A DNA stretch of 64,000 nucleotides from Planctomycetota bacterium (GTDB lineage: Bacteria; Planctomycetota; B15-G4; SIAN01): contig JANNXA010000028.1 in the NCBI GenBank assembly GCA_031409275.1, positions 12,257 to 76,256 on the forward strand. The letters are read 5' to 3'. Within the stretch, counting starts at the first letter, position 1. Each line of letters begins with the position of its first letter. This document shows positions 38,016 to 48,260 of the stretch, one piece after another. The notes beneath the pieces were generated by a model. That model saw only the letters and a program-made list of their open reading frames with translations, did not search any database and was not told where the DNA came from. Position numbers and translations under genes: made by a program.

Positions 38016-41000
38016 TCACCGATCGCGCGGCGTGGCGAGTTCGAGGAGGACTTCGCGCGGTGCGCCCCGTGCCAGCGTCACCGTCGCTTCGGCGCGAGCG
38101 CCATCGGCGGCGGTCACTTCGAGCGTCCACTCGCCGGGCGCGAGGCAGCGTTCGATCGTGATGGCCGGGTCGGCTGGCAGCGGGCGCAACTCTTCGTCGA
38201 GCGATTCACCGGCGCTGTCGGTGGCGACGAGCCGCAGCGTGGCGCCCAACCCAGCACCGTCCGCGCGCAACAGCGCCAGCTTCACCTTCACTCCCGTCTC
38301 GAGGTCGAGCGCGACCTCGGTGGCGCGCCCCGCCTCGCAATGGACTGGCACGCGCTGCCACGCGAGGCCGTCGCCCACCACTTCGATGGTGTAGTCACCG
38401 GGCGCCACTTCTTCGCGGCGCAGCGTGTCGCCGTCGACGGTGAACGCGCTGCTGGCTTGGCCGCCGCTGCGCAGCTCGAGGTCGGCCGGTTTCGTTCGCA
38501 CGCCGTCATCGCGCCGCGCGCGGACGATCAGCGTCGCAGCTCGTTCAAGCGCGAGATCGCCGAGGTCGCGCACCTCGCCCGGTTGCAGCGCGGACACGGT
38601 GGCTGATCGACTCGCGAGCCCGTCCGCGTTGGCGATCAGCCAGTAATTCCCCGCCGGCAGCGGTCCGAGTTCGAAGCGGCCGTCGGCCATGACCGGCACC
38701 GCCAGCACGCTGTGGCCGCCCTCCTCGGCGAACTGGAGGCTCGGTGTCGCAAGTGGCTGGCTGTCGGCGGCGACGATGCGGCCGCGGATCGACGCTGCTG
38801 CACGCTGATCCGCGCCGATCACCACGACCTGCTCGTCGCCGCCAGGGCGCAAGACGACGCCGCGACGTGCCGCGAAGAGCGCCGACAAGCCATCGTTGTG
38901 GAAGAAGGAGGCTTCGTACGGCAAGTCGCCGCAGTCGTCCTGGGCGAAGCGGCCTTCCGCGTCCGTCGTCAGCGGCAACGGCGTCGTCGCCGCGTTGAGG
39001 TCGCTGGGCACCAGCTCGACGCGGATGCCCGCGCAGCCGACGCCGGCGTCGTCGACGACGCGACCCCGCAGCGTCAGCGACGGCTGTAGCACGAGCTGCT
39101 CGTTGCGCGCGCTGCCATCGAGCTGCAGGAGTCGCTTCGCCGCGGTCCGGCCCGCAACGCGCGCCGACAGGAGACCGGGAGTCGTCGGAATGTGGTCGAA
39201 GCTCACGCGGCCGCTTGCCGGCGTTGTCGCCGTTCGCAGCACGCGGCGCACCTGGAACGGGCCGACCAGCAACTGCAACTGAACGGTCGCACCTTCGATG
39301 CCGACGCCGCGACCATCGACCGCCTGCACGTCGAGCGTGCCGCCCGCTTCGAGCGTGAAGTCGCGCACGATCTCGGCGGCGGCGACCTCGAGCTCGGTCG
39401 ATTGCATCGCGAAGCGCGGCTCGTCGATCAGCAGGTCGATCGTCCCGAACGGAACCGCGGACAAGGTGAAGGTGCCGTCGGCGGCGCTGCGCGCGATGGA
39501 CGGCGGCGGATTGCCGAGGATGCGTCCATCGCTCGTGATCCGCGAACCGCGCGAGTCGTCGACTGCCAGCACCATCGCACCCGCAATCGGAGCACCATCG
39601 ACACGCTGGATGCGGCCGCGGATCGTCGCCCCCGGCCGATCGAGCTGCAGCTCGACCGGTTCGCTGCGGCCTGATCGGTTGCAGTCGACCGTCACCACTT
39701 CCGACCAGCCAAACCCGTTCGCGCGCGCCGCGGCGTAGTGCGAGGGGCCGACGGCGGCCACTTCGAACTCGCCCCGCTCATCGCTCGTTGCCACGAAATC
39801 ACCAGGACACCAGGTTTGCGGCCGATCGCTGACCCAGATCTGCGCGCCGGCGATCGGACGATGGCCGCCATCGACGATGATGCCGCGCACCGATGCTCCC
39901 ACCGGCAGGGTCAGCGTCGCCTCGGCGATCGCATCGGCCACCAGCGTGACCGGCAGGACTCCCGATTCAGCGGCGTCGCCCAACGCGGTCTCGTCGGCTC
40001 GAGCGGCGAATCCTGCGGCCGCCACGAGGACGTCGCCCGGTTCGAGGTCGTCGAGGAAGAGCTCGCCGGCGTCGTTCGTTGCGTCGCGTCGCAACGCATC
40101 GAGGTCGTCGCTCGTCGCGCCGGTGTCGTGCGGTTCGATGCGAAGGCGCACGTGCGGTGCGACGCGGCCGTCGAGCCAGACCGACTTGACGCGCAGTGCC
40201 GCTCGGCCCGGCAGCGGATGCGGTGCGTTGAACGGAGCATCCGGGGCGTTGGCGAGCGCCCGCTCGGCGTGGATGGGAGTTGCGGCGGCCGGGGCGTCGG
40301 CGAATGCGGGCTCGGCCGTGAGGACACGATCGTGGTCGGGCGCTTCGACCCGCGGTGCACGATCGCCAAGCCCGCCGCCGGCGAAGAGCCAGACGCTGCC
40401 GGCGACGACGGTGGCGACGGCGGCAAGAGCGAGCTTCGAAGTGGTCGACATCGCGAGTGGAACTCCGATCAGCGCGCCGCCCGCCGCGGCGACAGTGGCG
40501 GCAGTGGAAGCAGAAGCGGAAGTGGTGCCGGAGGCGGACGCCGAAGTGGGCGCGGTGTCAGGCAGTGGTGCGAGCGGCAGCGGCGTCGGCACGACGAAGG
40601 TCGCCAGCGGCAGCAGCGCGGCCAGCAGTTCGCCGCGGCCGCCCATCTCCGCTTCGAGCTGCGTGCGCAGTTGCTCCAGCGCGCGCCGCAATCGTGTGCG
40701 CGCCGTCTCGAGCGGAAGCCCCAAGCGCTGCGCTGCCTGCGCGACGGTCAGCCCCTCGAAGTGGTGGAGCAGCACGACGTCGCGATACGCCGGCGTCAGT
40801 GCCAGCACGCGGTCGGCGAGGCGCCGGTGCATCTCGACGCGCGCGGCGATCGCGGCAGGAGAGTGGTCGGCGGGGCTCGCGAAGCCGGCGGCCGACGCCA
40901 CCTCCTGCTCGCGCCGCTCGCGTCGATGTTCACCGCGCCGACGATCGTGCGCGAGGTTGGCGACGACGCGCCCGAGCCACGCGCGCACACTGCGCGGCCG

Positions 41001-41153
41001 CGCGTGCGGCTCCTCGATCGCCCGCAGGTAGCTCTCCTGCACCACGTCGTCCGCCGTCGCCGCATCACGGACCAGCTGCCTCGCGACGCTTCGCAGGAAG
41101 CGCTGCTGCGCGACGATCTCGGTGACTGGAAGCGGGTCAGGAGGAGGAGGCAT
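38016..41153 (-). CDS. ECF sigma-70 factor fused via a TM helix to carboxypeptidase-regulatory-like beta-sandwich repeats
   Basis: ADDVVQESY...AWLGRVVANL (sigma2); ETARTRLRRAL (sigma4); TM helix; repeats such as GRVVDDAG and PIAGA. Confidence 0.88.
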   Translation of the reverse strand: MPPPPDPLPVTEIVAQQRFLRSVARQLVRDAATADDVVQESYLRAIEEPHARPRSVRAWLGRVVANLAHDRRRGEHRRERREQEVASAAGFASPADHSPAAIAARVEMHRRLADRVLALTPAYRDVVLLHHFEGLTVAQAAQRLGLPLETARTRLRRALEQLRTQLEAEMGGRGELLAALLPLATFVVPTPLPLAPLPDTAPTSASASGTTSASASTAATVAAAGGALIGVPLAMSTTSKLALAAVATVVAGSVWLFAGGGLGDRAPRVEAPDHDRVLTAEPAFADAPAAATPIHAERALANAPDAPFNAPHPLPGRAALRVKSVWLDGRVAPHVRLRIEPHDTGATSDDLDALRRDATNDAGELFLDDLEPGDVLVAAAGFAARADETALGDAAESGVLPVTLVADAIAEATLTLPVGASVRGIIVDGGHRPIAGAQIWVSDRPQTWCPGDFVATSDERGEFEVAAVGPSHYAAARANGFGWSEVVTVDCNRSGRSEPVELQLDRPGATIRGRIQRVDGAPIAGAMVLAVDDSRGSRITSDGRILGNPPPSIARSAADGTFTLSAVPFGTIDLLIDEPRFAMQSTELEVAAAEIVRDFTLEAGGTLDVQAVDGRGVGIEGATVQLQLLVGPFQVRRVLRTATTPASGRVSFDHIPTTPGLLSARVAGRTAAKRLLQLDGSARNEQLVLQPSLTLRGRVVDDAGVGCAGIRVELVPSDLNAATTPLPLTTDAEGRFAQDDCGDLPYEASFFHNDGLSALFAARRGVVLRPGGDEQVVVIGADQRAAASIRGRIVAADSQPLATPSLQFAEEGGHSVLAVPVMADGRFELGPLPAGNYWLIANADGLASRSATVSALQPGEVRDLGDLALERAATLIVRARRDDGVRTKPADLELRSGGQASSAFTVDGDTLRREEVAPGDYTIEVVGDGLAWQRVPVHCEAGRATEVALDLETGVKVKLALLRADGAGLGATLRLVATDSAGESLDEELRPLPADPAITIERCLAPGEWTLEVTAADGARAEATVTLARGAPREVLLELATPRDR

Positions 41154-41161
41154 GCGAAGAA

Positions 41162-41189
41162 GACGCCGCCGATGGGGCGGGCGGGTTCA
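41162..41189 (-). promoter_or_regulatory. Putative ECF-type (possibly autoregulatory, leaderless) promoter
   Basis: Minus-strand TGAACC-N18-CGTC ending 8 nt before ATG 41153; no RBS. Confidence 0.35.
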
Positions 41190-41256
41190 GGAAAGGGGGG
41201 TGGCGGCGCCAGCCGCCGACTCGTGTGGCGAATCAGCGGGCGCTGCGTCGTCCCAC

Positions 41257-41538
41257 TTACCTCGGCGTCGGCTTGGTCGGCGACACTCCGGCGACGATGC
41301 GCCAAAGATAGTTGCGGTCGACCTCGACGCCCGAGGCGCGATCGCCGCGGAGCGCGACGGCGCCGATGGGGCTCTGCGCGGCCGTCACGCGGAAGCGGTG
41401 GCCTTTGTCGCAGTTCCAGTTCTGGCCGCCGCGCGGCGGGCCGGTCATCGGCGCTCCGCAGCGGCAGACGAGCACCGGCTCGGTGCCAGCGACCGGGACG
41501 ACCACCGCCGCCGCAACCGGGATCACCTCTTCCGCCAT
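41257..41538 (-). CDS. Small (93 aa) putative zinc-ribbon protein
   Basis: GGAG RBS before ATG 41538; CRCGAPM...WNCDKGHRF; corresponds to the 3' part of ORF 41257..42093. Confidence 0.55.
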   Translation of the reverse strand: MAEEVIPVAAAVVVPVAGTEPVLVCRCGAPMTGPPRGGQNWNCDKGHRFRVTAAQSPIGAVALRGDRASGVEVDRNYLWRIVAGVSPTKPTPR

Positions 41539-41826
41539 CGCAAACTCCATCGGTGGCGCGCAGCGCGTGAGGGCGCGGCACCGGTGGCCCCGCGCGCTCG
41601 GCCCGGTCGTGACGGTGGCGTCATCATGCAGGTCAAGTTCGCGAAGGCGGCGAACCAACTGTCGGAGTCTTGCACGACGGTTTTCCGAGCACCCGCTGCC
41701 CCGCGATGGACCGGATCGGCGCTGCGCGGCATCCCGGGGCGGCGCGGCGACAGCGTTCGATCGGCATACCGGCCGTCGACATCGCCGCGGGAGCGGCGGA
41801 CGATGCGTGATCGGGAGGAGGCGACC

Positions 41827-44490
41827 ATGGACGATCCGGAACTGCTGCTGAGCCATCGCGACTTCGTCCATGCCGTGGCGGGTGCGCTGGTGCGCGATGC
41901 AGCGACCGCCGACGATGTCGCGCAGGAGACGTTCGTCGCCGCATGGCGCGCTCGCGGGGCGACGATCGATTCGCCGCGCGGCTTCCTGGCGACGCTGGCC
42001 ACCAACTTCGCGCGGCAGTTCCGGCGCGGCGAGCAGCGGCGCGTCTCGCGCGAGCAGCGCGCCGCGATCGCCGAGCGCATCCCTTCCGTGCACGACATCG
42101 CCGAGCGCGAGGAGCGACGTCGTGCCGTCGTCGCGGCGGTGCTGTCGCTGGAGGTCACCTACCGCGACGTCGTGCTCCTGCGCTACTACGAAGCGCTCCC
42201 GCCGCGGGCGATCGCGCGCCAGCTCGGAATGCCGGTCGAGACGGTCCGGACGCGGCTGAAGCGGGGGCTCGAGCGGATCCGGGCGCGGTTGGTCGCGGTC
42301 GAACGCGGCGATCCGCGAGCGCTGCTCGCATGGCTGCTGCCGCTGGCTCGAGTGTCGACGGGATCGGCGTCCCGAGCGAAGGTGGGGCTCCTCGTCGGTG
42401 GTGCACTGACGCTCCTGTTAACCGGCGGCGTCGCGCTCGAAGTCGTCCGCCGCTCGGCGCAGGGAGCGGCGTGGCGCGCCGACCCGTCGATCGACCAGCC
42501 GGTCGGGGACACCTCGGCGCACGACGAAGCCTCGCAAGAGATCCGCGTCGAGCGCGTCCTCGCCGCTGCGGCCTCCATCGCACCCGATCCGTCGCTCGCG
42601 CCGCCACTCGCCGTCGACGGTCCGCAGATCGCCGGATCGGTGGTCGACGCGCGCGGTGCGCCGATCGTCGGTGCCGAGGTGTTCGCGTGGCCCGACATCG
42701 TCGAGACGCCGATCGAGCTCGACGACCCGGCGGCGCCAGCCGCTCGACCCCGCGCGCTCAGCGGCGCGGAGGGCCAGTTCACCCTTTCTCTGCCAGCCGG
42801 CGCTCCGGACGGCTTCACGCTCTTCGCCCGTCGCGACGGCTTCTCGGCCGGAGTCGTTCGCGGCATCGAGCCCGCACGGGACGATGTCCGCCTGGTGCTC
42901 GAGGACGTCGAGAAGCTGTTCGGCCGCGTGGTCGATCGACGCGGCGATCCGATCGTGGGAGCGAGCGTGCGTGCGCTGGCGCTCCACGGTGGCGCGAAGA
43001 TCCAGCGGCGGGGCCGCACCGACGCGAGCGGCGCCTTCGAGATCGAGGCGCCGTTGGCCGATCGGGCCGCCTGGCAAGGAGACAGCGAAAGCTGGCGCTG
43101 GTGGCTCGAAGCGAGCGCCGAAGGCTTCGCGCCGCGCGTGATCGGAAACGACCGCACCCTCGTCGCCGACGGCGCGCTGCGAGTGCCGATCGAGATCGTG
43201 TTGGTTGCGGGGGCGCGCTGCAGTGGCCGCGTCGTCACCGCGCAAGGCGGTGGTGCGGTGGCGGGTGCCCGCGTCGTCGCGGTCGCGTTCGAGGAGTTCT
43301 TCTGCTACGCGCGCCACGCCGGCGGCGTTTTGCAGAGCCCCTACCACTCCCGGATCCTTGCCGAGACCCGCAGCGATGCGAGCGGTGCGTTCGAGTTCGA
43401 CCACCTTCCGGCGCGCCGCGGGGCCGTCGGTTCCGCCGACGAGTCGCTTCCCGAACTGATGCAGCTGTTCGTCATCGCGTCTGGCTTCGCGATCGGTTTT
43501 GCCGACCTGCGTGCGATCGACGACGGAGGCGACGGCGAACAGACGGTCGAGCTGTGGCGAGCGGCCACCATCACCGGTCGCGTGGTCGACGGCGACGGTG
43601 CGCCGATCGCTGGCGTCCGGGTCGCCGTCCTGGGCGAGCGCGGGCTGCCATCGCGCGCGACGCCACCGGAGTGCGTCGCCACCGATTTTGCGTCGGTCGT
43701 CCGGACCGACGCGGCGGGGGAGTACCGCTTCGACGGGGTCAGCGCCGACGCGACGCTGCCGATCGAATGGAGCGTGACCGTCGACGACCTCGATTGGACC
43801 GATGCGATGGAAGGCGCCAGCGTGAAAGTCGCGGTGCGCGCCGGCGAGACTCGTCGCGCTCCCGACCTCCTGGCAGTGCACGAAAGGGCGGTGGCGATCG
43901 AGGTGGTCGATTCGCGTGGCGCTCCGATCTCCGCGGCGCGCGTCACGCTGCTCCCCGGCGGCGCGGAGTCTCGTTTCACGGACATGGAAGGCCGCTTGGC
44001 GTGGAGCGCGCCCGACGCATACGAGGTGGATGAACGCGGGACGGCTCGACGAGTCGGGGAGAGCCTGCGCTTTCTCGTCGCGCGCCGTGGCTACGCGTCG
44101 GCTCTGACGCCTGCGGTCACTCCCGATCAGGCTGCACCGCCGCGATTGCGCGTCGAGCTGCCGGACGCGCACATCTTGGAGGGCGTTGTCCTCGATCCGC
44201 TGCTGCGGCCCTCCCCGAATGCGTCGGTTCGCGTGCTGCGCCACCCGCCATCGAGCGAGGATCTCGAGGCGCTGAGAGGAGGTCGCGTCATCGATCCCAC
44301 GCGAACGGTCTCTTGGGTCGCCTGCGACGCCGCCGGCCATTTCCGACTCGATGACCTCCCCGCCGGTTCAGCCATCCTGTGGGTCGAGCCGGTGCCGATC
44401 GCGACCGGAACTGGACGCGGTCGCGCCACCCTCTTCCTCGAGGTTCCTCTCGATGGCGACCCCTTCACCGCGCGCCTCGACGACGATTGA
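41827..44490 (+). CDS. Second ECF sigma-70 factor fused via a TM helix to carboxypeptidase-regulatory-like repeats
   Basis: GGGAGGAG RBS; ADDVAQETF; ETVRTRLKRGL; TM helix; repeated GRVVD-xG-xPI-xGA. Confidence 0.88.
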   Translation: MDDPELLLSHRDFVHAVAGALVRDAATADDVAQETFVAAWRARGATIDSPRGFLATLATNFARQFRRGEQRRVSREQRAAIAERIPSVHDIAEREERRRAVVAAVLSLEVTYRDVVLLRYYEALPPRAIARQLGMPVETVRTRLKRGLERIRARLVAVERGDPRALLAWLLPLARVSTGSASRAKVGLLVGGALTLLLTGGVALEVVRRSAQGAAWRADPSIDQPVGDTSAHDEASQEIRVERVLAAAASIAPDPSLAPPLAVDGPQIAGSVVDARGAPIVGAEVFAWPDIVETPIELDDPAAPAARPRALSGAEGQFTLSLPAGAPDGFTLFARRDGFSAGVVRGIEPARDDVRLVLEDVEKLFGRVVDRRGDPIVGASVRALALHGGAKIQRRGRTDASGAFEIEAPLADRAAWQGDSESWRWWLEASAEGFAPRVIGNDRTLVADGALRVPIEIVLVAGARCSGRVVTAQGGGAVAGARVVAVAFEEFFCYARHAGGVLQSPYHSRILAETRSDASGAFEFDHLPARRGAVGSADESLPELMQLFVIASGFAIGFADLRAIDDGGDGEQTVELWRAATITGRVVDGDGAPIAGVRVAVLGERGLPSRATPPECVATDFASVVRTDAAGEYRFDGVSADATLPIEWSVTVDDLDWTDAMEGASVKVAVRAGETRRAPDLLAVHERAVAIEVVDSRGAPISAARVTLLPGGAESRFTDMEGRLAWSAPDAYEVDERGTARRVGESLRFLVARRGYASALTPAVTPDQAAPPRLRVELPDAHILEGVVLDPLLRPSPNASVRVLRHPPSSEDLEALRGGRVIDPTRTVSWVACDAAGHFRLDDLPAGSAILWVEPVPIATGTGRGRATLFLEVPLDGDPFTARLDDD

Positions 44491-44519
44491 TCGACACCAT
44501 CGAGGCGGCGAACCAACCC

Positions 44520-47500
44520 TCACGGCAGATCGAGGAGCTCCGCGATCGCCGCCACCTTGGCGCGGTAGTTCACGTCGCGGCCGAGTGCGGCGTTCCACGG
44601 TTGCGGGTCGGGATCGGCGAGCAGGCCGAGCGCGGTGAGCGCGAGGCTTCGGATCAGCGAGGAGGGCTGCGATTCGGCGGCGAAGGCGAGCAGCGGGGCG
44701 AAGGCGGCGCGGTCGCGCAGCTCGCCGAGCGCCTGAGCGGCGGCGGTTGACTCGGCCAGCGTCTCGCCGTGTTGCAGCAGGTCGAGCAGCGGAACGACCG
44801 CTTCGCGATCGCGCAGCTCGCCCAGCGCGCGCGCGTACTGGAGGCGGGTGCGCGCTTCGACGCCCTTCACCTGCAACTTTGCGCGGATCGGCGCGACGGC
44901 CGCATCGGCGCGCAGCAGCGCCAGCGCCTGTGCGACGTAGCCCTTCAGCCCGCCGTCCTTCGTCTCATCGAAGAGCTTCAGCAGCACCGGAAGCGCCGGC
45001 TGGAAGTCGATCCAGCCGAGCGCCAGCGCCATCGCGCCCTGGTAGCTCGGATTCGCGGTGCCGACCAACATCTTCAGCAGCTCGCGGCCGACCCGCTCGC
45101 GCGTCGCCGCCGGCAGCGTCCGATTCTGGAGGTAGAGGCCCAACCCCAGCGCGGCGTGCGGCTGGTGGGTGATCCGCTTGGGCTGCGTCAGCTCGCGCAG
45201 CAGGAACGCCTCCAGCGCCGCGTGTTCGGCCGCGTGCGTCGCGGCGTCCACGTCGCGCGCACCGAGCTCGGCCAGCGCGTAGAGCGCGAAGTGGCGCGTC
45301 TGGTCATCGTTCGCGCGCACCACGGCATCGGTCAGCGCCGTGACGACCGCCTCGTCGGTCAGCGTCGCCAGACGTCCCAGCGCCATCGCCAACGATCGGC
45401 GCGAGTCCTGATCGGTGCGATCGTCAGTGAACCGCTCGAGGAGCGCGGGAACGTGGCTCCGCACCAGCGCGGCACTCTCGGGCGCCTGCTCCGCGAGGCG
45501 CACCAGCGCGGCGGGCACCTGCGCGCGCACGTAGGTGTTGAGCGAGCGATCGTCGAAGCGCGCCAGCAGCGGCTCGATCAGCGCCTCGTGGTCGGTGGTC
45601 AGTTCGCCGAGCGCCAGCACGGCGCACGCCGCGACGTCGATCAGCGAATCGCACCAGGTGACCGCCAGCAGCTCCTCGCGCGCCGCATCGGCATGCAGCA
45701 TCCCGAGCGCCGTTGCCGCGAAGGCGCGCTGCAGCGCATCGCCGTTCGCGCGATCGGCCAGCAGCACGCGCAGCGGCCCGATCGCCTCCGCGCGACCGGT
45801 GATGCCGAGCGCCACGGTCGCGGTGCGCCGCACTTGCGCCGAGGAGTGGTGCAGCGCCTCAACGAGCGCCGGCACGACGCGGTCGCCGACGTCGGCGCGG
45901 TCTGGCGCGGACGCGCGCGCCAACGCGAGCGCTGCCGCATCGGCCACCTCCGCATCGCCGCATTTCAGCGCGTCGAGCAGGACCGGCAGCAGCTCGCTCT
46001 GCATCTCAGCCGGCAGCGGCGTGCGCGCCTGCGGTCGCGCCGCGGCCAGCAACGCCTCCCTGCGGTGCTCCCACCAGAACTCCCAACGCTCGTAGCCTTC
46101 GGCGCTGCCGCGTCGCGCGCCGATGCCGCCGGTGGTCAGGCGCATGCCGGCACTGCCCCCAGCGGCCGGGCCCGCGGCGCTCGGTCCACCCGCTGCGCCG
46201 TTCGCGGCGTCCTGCGACTTCACGCGGCCCGTGAGGAAGCCGCCGGCGCTGCTCGACACCGGGGCAGGCGAGCCACCCGCGTTCGGCGAAGCGGACGGCA
46301 CCGTGTCGCTCGGCAGTCGATCGTGCGTGGTGCCATCGTCGGCGGAGCGCCGGCTCGGCGCCGCGTCCGCTGCGGCCAGCGGTAGCTTCGGCTCGACCAC
46401 CAGGAACGACGTGTAGGGCGTCACCAGCTGATGTTCGAGGCCGAGGCGCTTCACTTCGTCGACCAGCTCCGCGTTGCTGCCACCGATGCGGAGGTCATCC
46501 AACAGCCGCTCGACGCGCGCCTTCGCCCAGAGCTGCGAGACGTGCGGTCGAGCCGGCGTCGCGGCGGGCAACTCGATCGGGATCACCAGATCGAGCGGCC
46601 CCTCTTCGCCCTGGCCGCGCAGATGGAGGCGCGCCGGGCCGCTGCCCTGGTAGCGGCCGGCGATGACGCACGCGCGATGCTGGCAGAGATCGGGAAGGCG
46701 TCGCGGTTCGCGATCGAGGATGGTGATGCCGTCACCCTCGATCTGGAAGCTCGGCTCCAACAGGAGCGGCGTCTTCAGCCGCTCGTAGAGCGCGGCCAGC
46801 GGCACTTCGAGGTCGGCGCCCTCTTCGACGTAGCGCGCGGCGCCGCGCCCCTCGCTCGCCAGCTTGCTGAGCAGGAACTCCTTCACGCCGTTGCCGACGC
46901 CGAAGGCAAAGAGGCGAGTCGAGCCGCACGCCGCTCGCCATGCGGCAAGGATCCGCTCGGGCTGCAGCTCGCCGACGGTCGGGTCGCCGTCGGTGAGGAA
47001 GATCACGGCGGCGAGGCGATCGGGCGTCGGCTCGATTCCCTTCAGCGCCGCCAGCAGCGCGTCCTGGATGTTGGTACCGCCGGTCGCGTCGAGCTCGGCT
47101 GCGGCGCGGCGCGCCGCCGTCAGATGATCGCGGTTGACGTCGAGGAGCCGTTGACGACCCAGCTTCCGCGCCAGCGACGTGGCGTCGGTCGAAAAGCTCA
47201 CGACGTCGAAGCGATCGCCCGGCTTCAACGTGTCGAGACCCGCCAGCAGCGCAGCGCGCGCCTGCTCGAGCTTGATGCCGGCCATCGAGCCAGAGCGGTC
47301 GACGACGAAGACGAGGTCGCGGCCGATGCGTGGCGGTGCCGCGAGGCGCGGCACGATGCGCGCAAGGAACCAGCCGTCGCGCGCTCCTTCCGGCCGCTCT
47401 GCCAGCAGTGCGACGTCGAACCCATCACGCCGCGGCAGCGCACGCAGCACGAAGGAGCGATCCGGCGTGACGCCATCGCCGCCGTAGCACGCCTCGCCGC

Positions 47501-48116
47501 AGCCCTCGGCCAGGGCGAGCCGCGCGTCGCGGTGCGAAGGGCAATCGAGTCCGGCGAGGCCGCGCTTCGCCTGCCACGTTGCGTGCACCTTCAAGTCGCC
47601 GACCGGGCCGGCGTCGCGCGGCAGCGGGATCTCGAGCGTCTCGAGGCCGAGGTCGTCGCGCACGACATGCGAATAGACGAGCTTCACGCGCACGGTGTCG
47701 TGGGCGGGGATCGGGAAGACGTTGACCTTGAAGTCGCGCCAGCCGACCTGCTCGAGCAGCCCCGGGTCCTTCTGCGCGCGCACGATCGCGTCGTAGGTGG
47801 CGCGCGCCTGCTGCGCTTCCATCACCTTGCCCTGCTGCTCGCGGCCCGCCATCCACATCGAGAAGGCGCCGATGACGGCGTCCTCGGGCAGCTGGAAGCG
47901 AAAGACCCCTTCCTGCACGCGGTCGGTCGCGTTGCGGAAGAGCTCCTCGACTTCGATGCGGGCGATGCCTTCCTCGACGACCGCGACGGCTTGGAACTGC
48001 TCGATGCGGACGGCGCCTTCGCGCAACGTCAGGTTCTGCGCGGCGGCGCGAGGTGCGAGTGCGCCGAGCGCAACGACGAGCAACGCGAGCGTGGCGACGA
48101 GTGGTCCGGCGCGCAT
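44520..48116 (-). CDS. Exported VIT + von Willebrand A + HEAT-repeat protein
   Basis: GGAG RBS; signal peptide; VIT (ARATYDAIV...DPGLLE); MIDAS DRSGSM, GGTNI, FLTDG; LVTPYTSFLV; low-complexity linker; WEFWWEH; HEAT repeats. Confidence 0.88.
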   Translation of the reverse strand: MRAGPLVATLALLVVALGALAPRAAAQNLTLREGAVRIEQFQAVAVVEEGIARIEVEELFRNATDRVQEGVFRFQLPEDAVIGAFSMWMAGREQQGKVMEAQQARATYDAIVRAQKDPGLLEQVGWRDFKVNVFPIPAHDTVRVKLVYSHVVRDDLGLETLEIPLPRDAGPVGDLKVHATWQAKRGLAGLDCPSHRDARLALAEGCGEACYGGDGVTPDRSFVLRALPRRDGFDVALLAERPEGARDGWFLARIVPRLAAPPRIGRDLVFVVDRSGSMAGIKLEQARAALLAGLDTLKPGDRFDVVSFSTDATSLARKLGRQRLLDVNRDHLTAARRAAAELDATGGTNIQDALLAALKGIEPTPDRLAAVIFLTDGDPTVGELQPERILAAWRAACGSTRLFAFGVGNGVKEFLLSKLASEGRGAARYVEEGADLEVPLAALYERLKTPLLLEPSFQIEGDGITILDREPRRLPDLCQHRACVIAGRYQGSGPARLHLRGQGEEGPLDLVIPIELPAATPARPHVSQLWAKARVERLLDDLRIGGSNAELVDEVKRLGLEHQLVTPYTSFLVVEPKLPLAAADAAPSRRSADDGTTHDRLPSDTVPSASPNAGGSPAPVSSSAGGFLTGRVKSQDAANGAAGGPSAAGPAAGGSAGMRLTTGGIGARRGSAEGYERWEFWWEHRREALLAAARPQARTPLPAEMQSELLPVLLDALKCGDAEVADAAALALARASAPDRADVGDRVVPALVEALHHSSAQVRRTATVALGITGRAEAIGPLRVLLADRANGDALQRAFAATALGMLHADAAREELLAVTWCDSLIDVAACAVLALGELTTDHEALIEPLLARFDDRSLNTYVRAQVPAALVRLAEQAPESAALVRSHVPALLERFTDDRTDQDSRRSLAMALGRLATLTDEAVVTALTDAVVRANDDQTRHFALYALAELGARDVDAATHAAEHAALEAFLLRELTQPKRITHQPHAALGLGLYLQNRTLPAATRERVGRELLKMLVGTANPSYQGAMALALGWIDFQPALPVLLKLFDETKDGGLKGYVAQALALLRADAAVAPIRAKLQVKGVEARTRLQYARALGELRDREAVVPLLDLLQHGETLAESTAAAQALGELRDRAAFAPLLAFAAESQPSSLIRSLALTALGLLADPDPQPWNAALGRDVNYRAKVAAIAELLDLP

Positions 48117-48260
48117 GGAACTTCTCCGGCGCCGCATGCTGCGCAAGAGAGCGCAGGCGCGACGCCGGAGCAAAGCGAACGTCGTTCCAGCGTCGAGCCG
48201 CCGGAGGCGCGCGCGCCTCTTCGTGCCGGAACGTGGCGCGCGGGTGACGCTGCCGACGGA

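Noticed and set aside
41122..41826. N-terminal extensions given by the ORF track (also 2960-3730, 20826-21041, 31557-31877, 53065-53541)
   Set aside because: They overlap neighbouring genes or promoters; downstream starts have better RBS, signal peptides or domain boundaries
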